Positions 1 to 10,247 of a DNA stretch of 57,428 nucleotides are shown here, piece after piece (within the stretch, counting starts at the first letter, position 1; each line of letters opens with the position of its first letter). The stretch is from Myxococcota bacterium. Lineage in GTDB: Bacteria; Myxococcota_A; UBA796; SXON01. Where the stretch lies: contig JAZKFH010000014.1 in NCBI GenBank assembly GCA_040386535.1, forward strand, positions 1 through 57,428, written 5' to 3'. The translations under genes and the position numbers were made by a program. Below the pieces are notes generated by a model. It was not told where the DNA came from and did no database searches. It saw only the letters and a list, made by a program, of their open reading frames with translations.

Positions 1-922
<922 letters not shown>

Positions 923-1048
923 CAGGAAAGGCTCGGGTTTGGGCGACCGACGTTGGGCGCGGTGCCCGTCCCCCCGAGCGGGGCCGACCGCGCCCGGTGC
1001 TTCACCCACGCGGCACGGCGCACGGCGCCGAAGGAGGAGTGAATCAAG

Positions 1049-1729
1049 ATGTCGACCTTCCAGACGCTCGGCCTGCCCGGCCCCCTCGGCGTCGGCCACG
1101 AGACACGGTGGTACACGTTCAACGTCTCGCGCGTCGAGGGCCGCTACACCCTCTGGATCCCGAACGAACGCGAGGACCGGGTGTGCTGGATCCCCATCCA
1201 TTGGGAGCAGCAGCATTGGATCCTCGCGACGTTCCGCGACCGGCTGGACGCGGGGGGCTACGAGCTGAGCTGGTCCTTCAAGGACGCCGAAGGCGCGCGC
1301 GCGTTCGTGGACACCTTGCGTCCGAGGATGGAAGGACCACTGCCCGAGTGGATCGGCGAGGCGCTCTACCCGTCCCTGCCGACCGCGCCGCAGCCGCCGC
1401 TGGCGCACACGCTGGTGACACAGGGGCTGCCGAGCCAATCCGCCCCCGACGCGCACGCCGCCACCCGCTACACGTTCGGGGTCGTCACCTCGCGGGACGA
1501 GGCGGGGAGGCTGACCTGGGTGATCGTCCCCAGCTGCTGGCCGCCCGGGCAGGCCCCGCCCGAGCAGGCCGCGTGGCTCGCGCACGAGTTGGGAGCGGCG
1601 CCGGGCGCCCGTTGGGTGGGCGGGGAGCTGTGGTTGGAGTCGGCGGTCGCGCGGGAGTGGTTTCTCGAGCGGGTGGGGCCGGCGCTCGTCGGGGAGCGTA
1701 TCGGGCAGCTGCGGGAGCGGATGGTGTAG
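1049..1729 (+). CDS. Hypothetical protein with possible internal duplication
   Basis: AAGGAGG SD upstream of ATG; GC3-biased codons; no recognised family. Confidence 0.75.
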   Translation: MSTFQTLGLPGPLGVGHETRWYTFNVSRVEGRYTLWIPNEREDRVCWIPIHWEQQHWILATFRDRLDAGGYELSWSFKDAEGARAFVDTLRPRMEGPLPEWIGEALYPSLPTAPQPPLAHTLVTQGLPSQSAPDAHAATRYTFGVVTSRDEAGRLTWVIVPSCWPPGQAPPEQAAWLAHELGAAPGARWVGGELWLESAVAREWFLERVGPALVGERIGQLRERMV

Positions 1730-1802
1730 GCGTCCGGCGGATCGAAACGACGTGGTCCCGCGTGGATCGCGGGTATGGTCCGCCCCTCGACCCGGACCGT
1801 CC

Positions 1803-3356
1803 ATGCGCCGCTCCCTCCTCCTCGCCCTGCCCCTCCTCCTCGTCGCGTGCCCCGCGCCCGACGACAAGGCCGAGACCGGCGTCGACAGCGCGGACGAGCT
1901 GGACAGCGGCTGCGACGGCGCGGACGGGGAGCCCGTCTGGTACGCCGACGGCGACGCGGACGGCTTCGGCGCGCCCGGCGAGGCGATCTCCGCGTGTGAG
2001 CAGCCCGACGGATACGTGCCGGACGCCACCGACTGCGACGACACGTCCGCCCTCGTCCACCCGGGCGCCGACGAGGCGGATTGTACGGACCCGGTGGACT
2101 ACAACTGCGACGGCACGGTGGCCTACGCGGACGCGGACGCGGACAGGTTCGTCGCCTGTCTGGACTGCGACGACCGCGCGCCGGACGTGAACCCGGGCGC
2201 AACGGAGACGTGCAACGGCATGGACGACGACTGTGACGGCGCGGTCGACGAGGCGGACGCCGGGGTCACCTGGTACGCGGACACCGATGGAGACGGGTAC
2301 GGCACGCCCGACACCACGACCACCGCCTGTGACGCGCCGTCCGGCTACGTCGGCGACGCCACGGACTGTGATGACAGCTCGGCCGGGGTGGCGCCCGGGT
2401 TGGACGAGCGCTGCAATGGCATCGACGACAACTGTGACGGCGCGGTGGACGATGCGTCGTCCGTCGACCAGCGGACCTGGTACATCGACGCGGACGGGGA
2501 CGGCGCGGGCCTCGCGACCACCCCGCTCGCCGCGTGTGACCAACCCGCCGGCTACGTCGCGAACGACTACGATTGTGACGACGCCAGCTTGGAGCCCTGC
2601 GCGTGCGAGCTCACCGAGGTGGCCGCGCCGACCACGCTGTACTTCGGGGGCTCCTATTATGGCAACTGGGTGGTGGATCCGCTGGAGGCGCTCGGCGCGG
2701 ACCTCATCTGGGAGATGGATTACCTCAGCGGCACCTCCATCGTCGAGTACGCGAACGAGGCGATGATGATCGCGCGCACGGCGACGCGCGTGACGGACCT
2801 CCCCTACGACTTCGACGGCACGGGCGCGGCGGTGTACGACGGGTATTTGTACTACAACGCCGCGGACTCCCGCGACCTGGTGAAGTACGACATCGCGACC
2901 GGCGCCACGACCGTGCTGGAGCTCGCCGATGCAGGGTACCGCAACACCTACAACTACGAGTGGGGCGGCTACACGGACATCGACTTCGCGGTGGACGAGC
3001 AGGGCTTGTGGGTGATATACGCCACCGCGGGGAACAGCGGCCGCATCGTGGTCAGCAAGATCGACGAGGCCACGTTCACCCTCACGGACACCTGGGAGAC
3101 CAGCTCCCCGGCGAAGCGCTCGTTGGGGAACGCTTGGATGGTCTGTGGGGTGCTCTACACCACCGACGACCACGCGAGCGCGACCACCACGGTCAACTTC
3201 GCGTTCGACACGGCCGACGAGCGCTCCTGGGACCCGGCGATCCCGTTCAGCAACCCTCACCTGTTCAACACGTCCATCAATTACAATCCCGCCGACGGAA
3301 AACTCCGCGCGTGGGACAGCATGTATCGGCAGACGTATACGACCACGGTTCGTTAG
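1803..3356 (+). CDS. Lipoprotein with Cys/Asp-rich putative metal-binding (MopE-related) repeats and C-terminal olfactomedin-like domain
   Basis: MRRSLLLALPLLLVAC lipobox; WYADxDGDGxG, DCDD, CNGxDDxCDG repeats; C-terminal GTGAAVYDGYLYYN, WGGYTDIDFAVDEQGLWVIY, TWET, NAWMVCGVLY, YNP, AWD. Confidence 0.9.
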   Translation: MRRSLLLALPLLLVACPAPDDKAETGVDSADELDSGCDGADGEPVWYADGDADGFGAPGEAISACEQPDGYVPDATDCDDTSALVHPGADEADCTDPVDYNCDGTVAYADADADRFVACLDCDDRAPDVNPGATETCNGMDDDCDGAVDEADAGVTWYADTDGDGYGTPDTTTTACDAPSGYVGDATDCDDSSAGVAPGLDERCNGIDDNCDGAVDDASSVDQRTWYIDADGDGAGLATTPLAACDQPAGYVANDYDCDDASLEPCACELTEVAAPTTLYFGGSYYGNWVVDPLEALGADLIWEMDYLSGTSIVEYANEAMMIARTATRVTDLPYDFDGTGAAVYDGYLYYNAADSRDLVKYDIATGATTVLELADAGYRNTYNYEWGGYTDIDFAVDEQGLWVIYATAGNSGRIVVSKIDEATFTLTDTWETSSPAKRSLGNAWMVCGVLYTTDDHASATTTVNFAFDTADERSWDPAIPFSNPHLFNTSINYNPADGKLRAWDSMYRQTYTTTVR

Positions 3357-3416
3357 GGTCCGCCCGGAAATAATGTCCGGCACCGCCGAGTGCGGACATT
3401 ATTGAGGAGCGGGCCC
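3356..3416. mobile_element. 61-bp MITE-like element with 24-bp terminal inverted repeats, flanked by TTA direct repeats; may also act as bidirectional terminator
   Basis: Left end GGGTCCGCCCGGAAATAATGTCCG vs reverse complement of right end GGGCCCGCTCCTCAATAATGTCCG (19/24); TTA at 3353-3355 and 3417-3419. Confidence 0.6.
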
Positions 3417-4142
3417 TTAGTCCGCCGCCTCGTACGGGCCCACCCGCGTCCGCCGCAGCGCCAACAACAGCGCGCCGCACCCGAGCCGGGCACCCACGTC
3501 GTGGGCGAGCGCGCGGATATACGTGCCGCTCGTCACCGTGAGGGTGGCGGTCACCTGCACGAGCGGAAGATCCAACTCGCCGAGACCCGCCCAATCCGCG
3601 AGCGCCTCGGCCTGACGGAACGTGCCCCGCACGCGGGTGATGCGCGCGTGCACATCGTCCAGCAGCGCCGACGGGCGCACGGTCGTGGCCGCGACGCGCT
3701 CGACCGCCGTGACCACCATGTCGCGCACCGGGACGGAGATCTCGTGCAGCCGCCCCTCGCGCGCCCACGCGTGAAGCGGGCGCCCGCGCACGCGGTAGGC
3801 CGACCACACCGGCAGCGGCAGGGTGTGGGTGCCGCCCAATCCCGCCACGGCCTCGGCGCAATCCGGCGGGGGCGCGCCTCCCAAGCCGGAGGCGAGCCTG
3901 CCGAGCGCGTCGTGGGTGTCACTTCGGACGCCGAACAGGAGGGTGGCCTCGTACCGCTTGTCGTGGGTGAGGTGGGCGGGGAGCCCGAAGCGGTCCTCTC
4001 CGGTGAGCACGAGCAGCAGCCCCTCCGCCATCGGGTCGAGGCGCCCTGCGTACACCATCGGCTCCCCCGCGAGCGCGGGCGTGCGGGCGCGCAAGTCCTC
4101 CATCGCCTCGAGCGGTGTCCACCCCGGCGGCTTGTGGAGCAT
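3417..4142 (-). CDS. TruB-family pseudouridine synthase, short atypical form
   Basis: HKPPGWTP, YAGRLDPMAEGLL (catalytic Asp), KxY, SDTHD, SGTYIRALAHDVG, LRRTRVG; no C-terminal PUA domain. Confidence 0.85.
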   Translation of the reverse strand: MLHKPPGWTPLEAMEDLRARTPALAGEPMVYAGRLDPMAEGLLLVLTGEDRFGLPAHLTHDKRYEATLLFGVRSDTHDALGRLASGLGGAPPPDCAEAVAGLGGTHTLPLPVWSAYRVRGRPLHAWAREGRLHEISVPVRDMVVTAVERVAATTVRPSALLDDVHARITRVRGTFRQAEALADWAGLGELDLPLVQVTATLTVTSGTYIRALAHDVGARLGCGALLLALRRTRVGPYEAAD

Positions 4143-4147
4143 GAGGA

Positions 4148-4669
4148 TCAGGCCTCCTCCACCGGTCGAATGCCCTCGTCCTCCAGCCACCGCCGCGCGG
4201 CGGCGAGGTCTCGCGCCGACTCGAACGCGTGCCAGAGATCGATCTGCCCGTGCCGGTGGAGGACGTCCTTCACGCGGCGGAACGCGCCACGACCGTGCAT
4301 CGCGTCGCGGACCCCGTTTCGGAGCACCGGATCGGTCAGGGTGCGCGCGAAGGCCTCGAGGAGCCCCGATCCCCCGTTTTCGCCGCCGATGGGAATGGTG
4401 AGGTAGCGCCCCGATTCGTCGGCGTAGATGGCCTGGACCTGGCCGCGCTCCGACTCCATCCAATCCGGGAGCGCGCGCCCGTCGGCCTCGAAGCGCGACG
4501 GCTCGTCCGATCCGTCGCCCTCCACGCCGTACAGGGACGTGGTCATGATCAGCTCGCCTGTCGCCGTGTCGAACCAGGCATAGCAGTCGCCGCTCCGGGA
4601 CTCGTGGAGCAGGCGACCGATCTCCTCCAGGTTCGCATGCGATACGGGCAGGTCGCGCATGTCCTTCAT
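4148..4669 (-). CDS. UPF0158 family protein
   Basis: FDTATGEL, RYLTIP, GRGAFRRVKDVL, W..F, WLEDEGI pattern. Confidence 0.8.
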   Translation of the reverse strand: MKDMRDLPVSHANLEEIGRLLHESRSGDCYAWFDTATGELIMTTSLYGVEGDGSDEPSRFEADGRALPDWMESERGQVQAIYADESGRYLTIPIGGENGGSGLLEAFARTLTDPVLRNGVRDAMHGRGAFRRVKDVLHRHGQIDLWHAFESARDLAAARRWLEDEGIRPVEEA

Positions 4670-4740
4670 CTCAGACTCCGGGAGCTCGTGCAGGCACGCC
4701 CCCCCGTTATCGCGGCCTGCGCCCGGTCGCCTCACACCCG

Positions 4741-6699
4741 CTACTCGCAGCGGTTGCGGGCCGCCTCGCGCACCAGGGAGGCCTTCTCCGTGTTGGTGAT
4801 GAGGCCGCTGCTGCGAGCGCCGTTCGCCGCCTGGGTGACACAGCTCACGTAGTGGCCGCTGTTGGAGTAGTCGCAGGGCTCGCCACAGGTCAGGTCGACC
4901 CGCTGGGTGCCGGAGCAACCGGCGTTGTCGTACCGCACGTCCATGGGCGTGCCCGGGCAGAGGTCGGCCCCGTCGCTCACGCCGTCCGCGTCGTCGTCCC
5001 CGTCACACGCATCCCCCGCGCCGTCCCGGTCGTGGTCGGCCTGGCCGGCGTTCGCGAGGAGCGCGCAGTTGTCACGGGTGTCCGACACGCCGTCGTTGTC
5101 GTCGTCCGCGTCACACACGTCGCCGTCGGCGTCGGCGTCCGAGTCCGCCTGGTCGGTGTTGAACTGGTCGGGGCAGTTGTCGTAGTCGTCGATCGTGCCA
5201 TCGCCATCGGTGTCACGTTCGCACGCGTCCCCGAGGGAGTCCCTGTCCACGTCGGATTGGGAGGCGTTCGCCACCGCCGGGCAGTTGTCGAGCGGGTCAC
5301 ACAGGCCGTCGTGGTCGGTGTCACCGGTGATCCCGTCGTCGTAGCCGACGCAGCGGTCCAGCTCGTCCGCGACACCGTCGCCGTCCGCGTCCGAGGCGGC
5401 CGAGCTGACGATCGCCGTGAAGCCGGCCGGCGTCCCCTCTTCGTACAGATCGACGGCGCACAGGTCACCGGCGGCGTTCGCGAACACGCCCTGCACCTGG
5501 ATGTAGGAGAGCGAGCGGCTGCCCGCCTCGGGGAAGTCGCGCACGTCGCCGAAGGTCTCGGGCAGTTGGATGTAGACGTAGGCGTACGTGCCGTCGCCGA
5601 GCTCCTGGTAGACGTACCCCTCGGCCGTCCGCGGGGTCGGCGCCGAGTGGTACCACGAGCTGTTGGCCCCGGTGCTGAGCGAATAGGCGTCCGCGCCGAC
5701 GTTCACCCACGCGTCGATCGACCAGTAGGTGGACTGCCCGCTGTACAACACACCCCCGTACTCCTGGGCGTAGTCGTAGTAGGTGTACGCCGCGGTGTCG
5801 TCGTAGTTCACGTCCAGCGCGAGGGGCAGGCTCGCCGCGTAGGTCGAGCCGGCGGGGTCCGTACACGTGGCGGGCACGGAGCCGGTGACCGTCACGGTCA
5901 CGGCCTCCTCGTTGAACGGACCCGTGTCACATCCGTCGGGAATCCCGTTTCCGTCGAAGTCCACGCGGTCCGAGCGGCCCGGGCAGGCGTCGAGGAGGTC
6001 GGTGACGCCGTCGTAGTCGGAGTCGTCGACACAGCCGTCCCCGTCGACCGCGTCGTAGCCGAGGGCGCTCACCGTGACGCATCGGTCCGTCGCCTCGGGG
6101 ACGCCGTCCCCGTCCGAGTCCATCGTCTCGTCGAAGATCGTGACCGACAGATCGCTCACGGGCGCGGACGCATCCACGCTCACCGTGCACAGATCACCCG
6201 CCGCGTTCTCGACGTTCGCGAGCTCCGTGCGGAAGGACGACACGATCGCGTCGCCGCCGAGGGGGGTCGCGCTCCACTCCGAGGCCGGGGACAGCAGCGG
6301 GCCGTCCTCCCGGACGAAGACCGCGCCGACGCTGCCGAAGTTGGTCCCCGCCGTGGCAACGATGACGTCCTGCCGCGCGTCGAAGTAGTCGGTGCGGGCG
6401 ACCTCCGCGCCGTAGTAGCCGGAGAGGTCGGACGACTCGCCCACCTGCAAGTGGTAGAACGCCGACCCGCTGACCTGTAGAAAGGAGTCGGTCCGGTAGC
6501 TGCTGTTCCCGGAGAGCTGGAAGAACTGCACGCTGAACGGGAGCGTGTCGGAGTAGCTGGCCACGCCGTCCGAGCAGTCGGCGACGACCTCACCGGCGAT
6601 CACGATGGTCGGCCCGGCGGCGTGCGCGGCGCCGGAGCCGAGGAGCCCGAGGGCGCTGACCAGACCGAGGAGGCAGGGAGAGACGAAACGTTGGGACAA
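4741..6699 (-). CDS. Secreted protein with thrombospondin type-3-like Ca-binding repeats and a twice-repeated unknown domain
   Basis: Signal ending AHA; many DxDxDGxxD..DNCP...NxxQxDxDxDGxGDAC repeats; TTG start inferred. Confidence 0.8.
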   Translation of the reverse strand: MSQRFVSPCLLGLVSALGLLGSGAAHAAGPTIVIAGEVVADCSDGVASYSDTLPFSVQFFQLSGNSSYRTDSFLQVSGSAFYHLQVGESSDLSGYYGAEVARTDYFDARQDVIVATAGTNFGSVGAVFVREDGPLLSPASEWSATPLGGDAIVSSFRTELANVENAAGDLCTVSVDASAPVSDLSVTIFDETMDSDGDGVPEATDRCVTVSALGYDAVDGDGCVDDSDYDGVTDLLDACPGRSDRVDFDGNGIPDGCDTGPFNEEAVTVTVTGSVPATCTDPAGSTYAASLPLALDVNYDDTAAYTYYDYAQEYGGVLYSGQSTYWSIDAWVNVGADAYSLSTGANSSWYHSAPTPRTAEGYVYQELGDGTYAYVYIQLPETFGDVRDFPEAGSRSLSYIQVQGVFANAAGDLCAVDLYEEGTPAGFTAIVSSAASDADGDGVADELDRCVGYDDGITGDTDHDGLCDPLDNCPAVANASQSDVDRDSLGDACERDTDGDGTIDDYDNCPDQFNTDQADSDADADGDVCDADDDNDGVSDTRDNCALLANAGQADHDRDGAGDACDGDDDADGVSDGADLCPGTPMDVRYDNAGCSGTQRVDLTCGEPCDYSNSGHYVSCVTQAANGARSSGLITNTEKASLVREAARNRCE

Positions 6700-6775
6700 G
6701 GGCGTTCTCGCGAGTTGGGCGCCCAAACTACGACACACCCCCCGCCGCCACCATTTCGGTGCGTTTCGGTGTGTT

Positions 6776-9700
6776 TCAGTGCCCGCTGGGCTTGGGCGCG
6801 GTCGCCTGCTCCAGGCGCGCATCGGCCGCCGCGAGCGCGCGGCCCAACAGCGACCCCGGCGGGCTGCCAAGCCGTAGGGCGATCGCGTGTGCGTCCCGCA
6901 GGAAGGGCCGTGCCTCCTCAGGACGGTGGTCCTCGAGCTCACGGGTGGCGCGATGACACAGGAGCAGGGCCAGCTGCGGCGGGTCACCCACCTCGCGGGC
7001 GATGAGCAGCGCTGCGTCGAGGTGACACAAGGCCTCGTCGCGGCGCCCCTGCCGCCCGTAGAGCACGCCCAGGTTCCCGAGGACGGCGCCCTCCGTCTTG
7101 CGGTCGCCGCTGGCGCGCGCGATCGGGAGCGCCTGCCCGTAGTGCAAGAGGGCCTCCGCCTCGCGCCCCTGCTCGAGGTGCACCATGCCGAGAAAATTCA
7201 GCACGCGCCCCTCGTACGCACGGTTCCCACCCTCGCGGAAGATGGCGAGGGCCGCTTCGAACGCGGGCAACGCGAGGTCGAACCGGGCCTGATCCTTGTA
7301 GGTCGAGCCGATGTTGTTCAGGACGAGGCCCTCGAAGAGGCGATCCCCGAGCTCGCGGTGGATGCCGAGCGCCTGCTCGAAGTGCTGCAGGGCCCCCTCG
7401 AACGAGCCCTGGTCCTGACGAAGGTTGCCGAGGTGGATGAGCGAGAGGCCCTCGAACCGACGGTCGCCGATCTCGCGGGCGATGGCGTAGGCCTGCTCCA
7501 TGTGCTGCGAGGCCACGTCCATCCGCCCCTGCTCGCGGTGCAGCCCGCCCATGTTGCCGAGGGAGACCCCCTCGTTCCGACGGTCGCCCATCTCGTGGAA
7601 GATGGCGTGGGCCTCGGTGTAGAGGCGCAGCGCCACGTCCATCCGGGCGCAGTCGCGATGCAGGTTCGCCAGGTTGCCGAGCGCCCGGGCTTCGAGGTTC
7701 CGGTCGCCGACGTCCCGGAGCAGGGCAAGGGCCTGCTCGTAGTACCGCAAGGCGAGGTCGGGGCGGCTCTGCTGGGCGTGCAGGATGCCGAGGTTCACCC
7801 ACGCGTGGGCCTGCAGCCTGCGGTGGCCCGCCAGGCTCGCGAGGGCGAGCGCCCGCTCGAACGCCTGAAGCGCCTCGTCCATCCGCCCCTGGTCCCGGTG
7901 CAGGATCGCGGTGTCGAGCAGGAGGCGCCCCTGCAGGGCGCCGTCGTTCTCCCGCTGGTCGAGCGCGAGCGCGGCCCCCACGGCCAGCTCGGCCTGGGGG
8001 ATCCGCCCGGCGATACGCAGGAGCCAACCCAGCTTGTGCTGGAGGCGGACCCGCTGGTCCGGGCCGAGGTCAGGCAGGCCCAACACCGCCTCCAGGAGCG
8101 CCACCCCCTCCGGCAAGGGGCCCCAGCCCTCGTAGACCTCGGCGACCGCCAGGGCGCAGCCCCCGGCGAGCTCTGACGCGCCGTGGGCCATCGCGCGGCG
8201 CGTGGCGGCCACGAGGTTCTCACGCTCGGCGAGGAGCGCCCAGCGCCGCTCCACGCCCCCGACGTGGTGCAGGGCTTCGACGGCCGCCGGGCTGCCCATC
8301 CGCGCGAAGGTGCGCCCGTGCCGCGCCTCCACCTCCGCTGGGCTCGTCAGCCGGTCCCGGGCGAAGGCCTGCACGCTGCGGAGCATGGACAGGCGCCGAT
8401 CGCGGCTCTGTAAGAGGCTCTTGTCGACCAGCTCCGCCAGCACCTCTTCCGCCCAGCGCTCCCCCGCCGCGTCGATCACCGCGTCCGCCGCGTGGAGGGT
8501 GAACCCGCCCTCGAAGACGCTGCACTGCGCCAGCACGGCCTGCTCCTGGGGCTCGAGCAGGTCCCAGCTCCACTCGAGGGCCGCCTGGAGGGTCCGCTGG
8601 CGGGCCGGCAGCTCGGTGGACGCGCTCCGGAGCAACGCGAAGCGCTGGCCCATGCGCGAGAGCATGTCCGCGGGCGAGAGCATCCGGCTGCGGGCGGCGG
8701 CCAGCTCGATGGCCAGCGGCAGGCGGTCCAGCAACGCCACCAGCTCCCGCACCACGCCCGCGGTCGCGGGGGTCAGGACCTCATCCGTCCCGAGGAAGTG
8801 GTCGTCGACCTGGCGGGCGCGCTCCACGAAGAGGCGCACGGCGTCGTCGTCGCCGAGCACGTCCAGGGTCAGGACGTGCTCGCCCCGCAGCCTGAGGGGA
8901 ACCCGGCTGGTCACGACGAAGAAGGCCTCCGGCGCCCGGTCCAGCCACACCCCGAGGGTGCCGGCGGCGAAGGCGGCCAGCTGCTCGAAGTTGTCGAGGA
9001 TGAACAGCGCCCGGCCGCGCCCGAGGATGGCGTCCGTGAGCTGGGTCATCGGCTCCTTGCCGAGCGGCACATCCAGCGCGCCCGCCACCACCGTCGCGAT
9101 GCCCTCGGCGGTCCGCGCCTCGGCCAGCTCGCAGAACCACACCCCGCCGGGCCACTCCTCCCGCGACGCCCAGCCGAGCTCCCGCGAGAGCCGGCTCTTG
9201 CCGATGCCCCCCGCTCCCAGCACGGTCACCAGCCGCCGCCCCGCCTGCAGGTGCTGCCGCAATTGGCCGAGCTCCCGCTCCCGGCCGACGAAGCGGTCGC
9301 GCGGGGTCGAGAGGTTGTGGCGGGGGCCGAGCGGGTCGAACGTGGGAGTCAAGGCCCCCGCGGCGCCCCACGGCCGCTCGGCCGCCCGCCGGACCGCGTC
9401 GAGCAGCGCGGGGCTCGAGAGCGCGTCCCCGGTGGCGCTGGGCAGGCGCAGGAGGACGGCGTCGCAGGAGACGGGGCGGTCCTCCGGCGCCACCTGGAGC
9501 AGCGCTTCGAGCAGGCTGCGCAGCGGCCCCTCCACGCCGCCGAGTCGGGGCGGGAGGCGGTGGGCGTCGAGGATGCGGGCGATGCCCTCGCCGGCGAACG
9601 GGCGGCTGCCGGTGAGCATCTCGGCGAGGATGACCCCGAGGCTGAACAGGTCGGCGCGGGCCGTGGCCGCCGACGCATCGCGGAGCTGCTCCGGGGCCGC

Positions 9701-10231
9701 GTAGGCGGGCGTGCCGAACCCGTGCCCCACCTCCGTCTTGTGCCCACCCTCCTCCTCCATCTTGACCAGCCCGAAGTCGGCCACGAGGGGGTGGACCTGC
9801 CCATGGCGCACCTCGAGCAGGATGTTGGCCGGCTTCAGATCGCGGTGGACCACGCCCTGCGCGTGCGCGAAGGCGAGGCCGTCGAGCAGGCACCGGAAGA
9901 GCGCCAGCGCCTCGTCCTCGGCAAGCCGGCCGGCGCGGAGCAGGGCTTCGAGGGAGGGGCCCAGCACCAGCGGCATCAACAGCGCGGGCTTGCCTTGCAC
10001 GGTGAGGATGTCGCGAACGGGCAGCAGGTGCGGGTGCTGGAGCCGGCCCTGGGCACGCCCTTCCTTGAGCAGCCGGGCGGTGAGGTAGGGGGTGGCGCGG
10101 GTCAGGACCTTGAGCGCGTGCCGCGAGTCCAGCCGGCGGTGGCGGACGCAGTACACCCGCGCCATCCCGCCCTCTCCGAGCAGGTACTCCACCTCGTACC
10201 GGTCGATGCTGGTCCCCTCCGCGATCTGCAT
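6776..10231 (-). CDS. Ser/Thr protein kinase - STAND/NB-ARC-like ATPase - TPR fusion
   Basis: GEGGMA, ALK, HRDLKPAN, DFG, APE; Walker A GAGGIGKS, Walker B ILDNFE, LPLAIELAAAR; multiple C-terminal TPRs. Confidence 0.93.
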   Translation of the reverse strand: MQIAEGTSIDRYEVEYLLGEGGMARVYCVRHRRLDSRHALKVLTRATPYLTARLLKEGRAQGRLQHPHLLPVRDILTVQGKPALLMPLVLGPSLEALLRAGRLAEDEALALFRCLLDGLAFAHAQGVVHRDLKPANILLEVRHGQVHPLVADFGLVKMEEEGGHKTEVGHGFGTPAYAAPEQLRDASAATARADLFSLGVILAEMLTGSRPFAGEGIARILDAHRLPPRLGGVEGPLRSLLEALLQVAPEDRPVSCDAVLLRLPSATGDALSSPALLDAVRRAAERPWGAAGALTPTFDPLGPRHNLSTPRDRFVGRERELGQLRQHLQAGRRLVTVLGAGGIGKSRLSRELGWASREEWPGGVWFCELAEARTAEGIATVVAGALDVPLGKEPMTQLTDAILGRGRALFILDNFEQLAAFAAGTLGVWLDRAPEAFFVVTSRVPLRLRGEHVLTLDVLGDDDAVRLFVERARQVDDHFLGTDEVLTPATAGVVRELVALLDRLPLAIELAAARSRMLSPADMLSRMGQRFALLRSASTELPARQRTLQAALEWSWDLLEPQEQAVLAQCSVFEGGFTLHAADAVIDAAGERWAEEVLAELVDKSLLQSRDRRLSMLRSVQAFARDRLTSPAEVEARHGRTFARMGSPAAVEALHHVGGVERRWALLAERENLVAATRRAMAHGASELAGGCALAVAEVYEGWGPLPEGVALLEAVLGLPDLGPDQRVRLQHKLGWLLRIAGRIPQAELAVGAALALDQRENDGALQGRLLLDTAILHRDQGRMDEALQAFERALALASLAGHRRLQAHAWVNLGILHAQQSRPDLALRYYEQALALLRDVGDRNLEARALGNLANLHRDCARMDVALRLYTEAHAIFHEMGDRRNEGVSLGNMGGLHREQGRMDVASQHMEQAYAIAREIGDRRFEGLSLIHLGNLRQDQGSFEGALQHFEQALGIHRELGDRLFEGLVLNNIGSTYKDQARFDLALPAFEAALAIFREGGNRAYEGRVLNFLGMVHLEQGREAEALLHYGQALPIARASGDRKTEGAVLGNLGVLYGRQGRRDEALCHLDAALLIAREVGDPPQLALLLCHRATRELEDHRPEEARPFLRDAHAIALRLGSPPGSLLGRALAAADARLEQATAPKPSGH

Positions 10232-10247
10232 CACGTCGGACCCGGCG

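Noticed and set aside
3352..3420. Integron attC site
   Set aside because: Core-like GTTAGGG is at the wrong end and imperfect; no integrase or cassette array; TIR + target duplication explains it better
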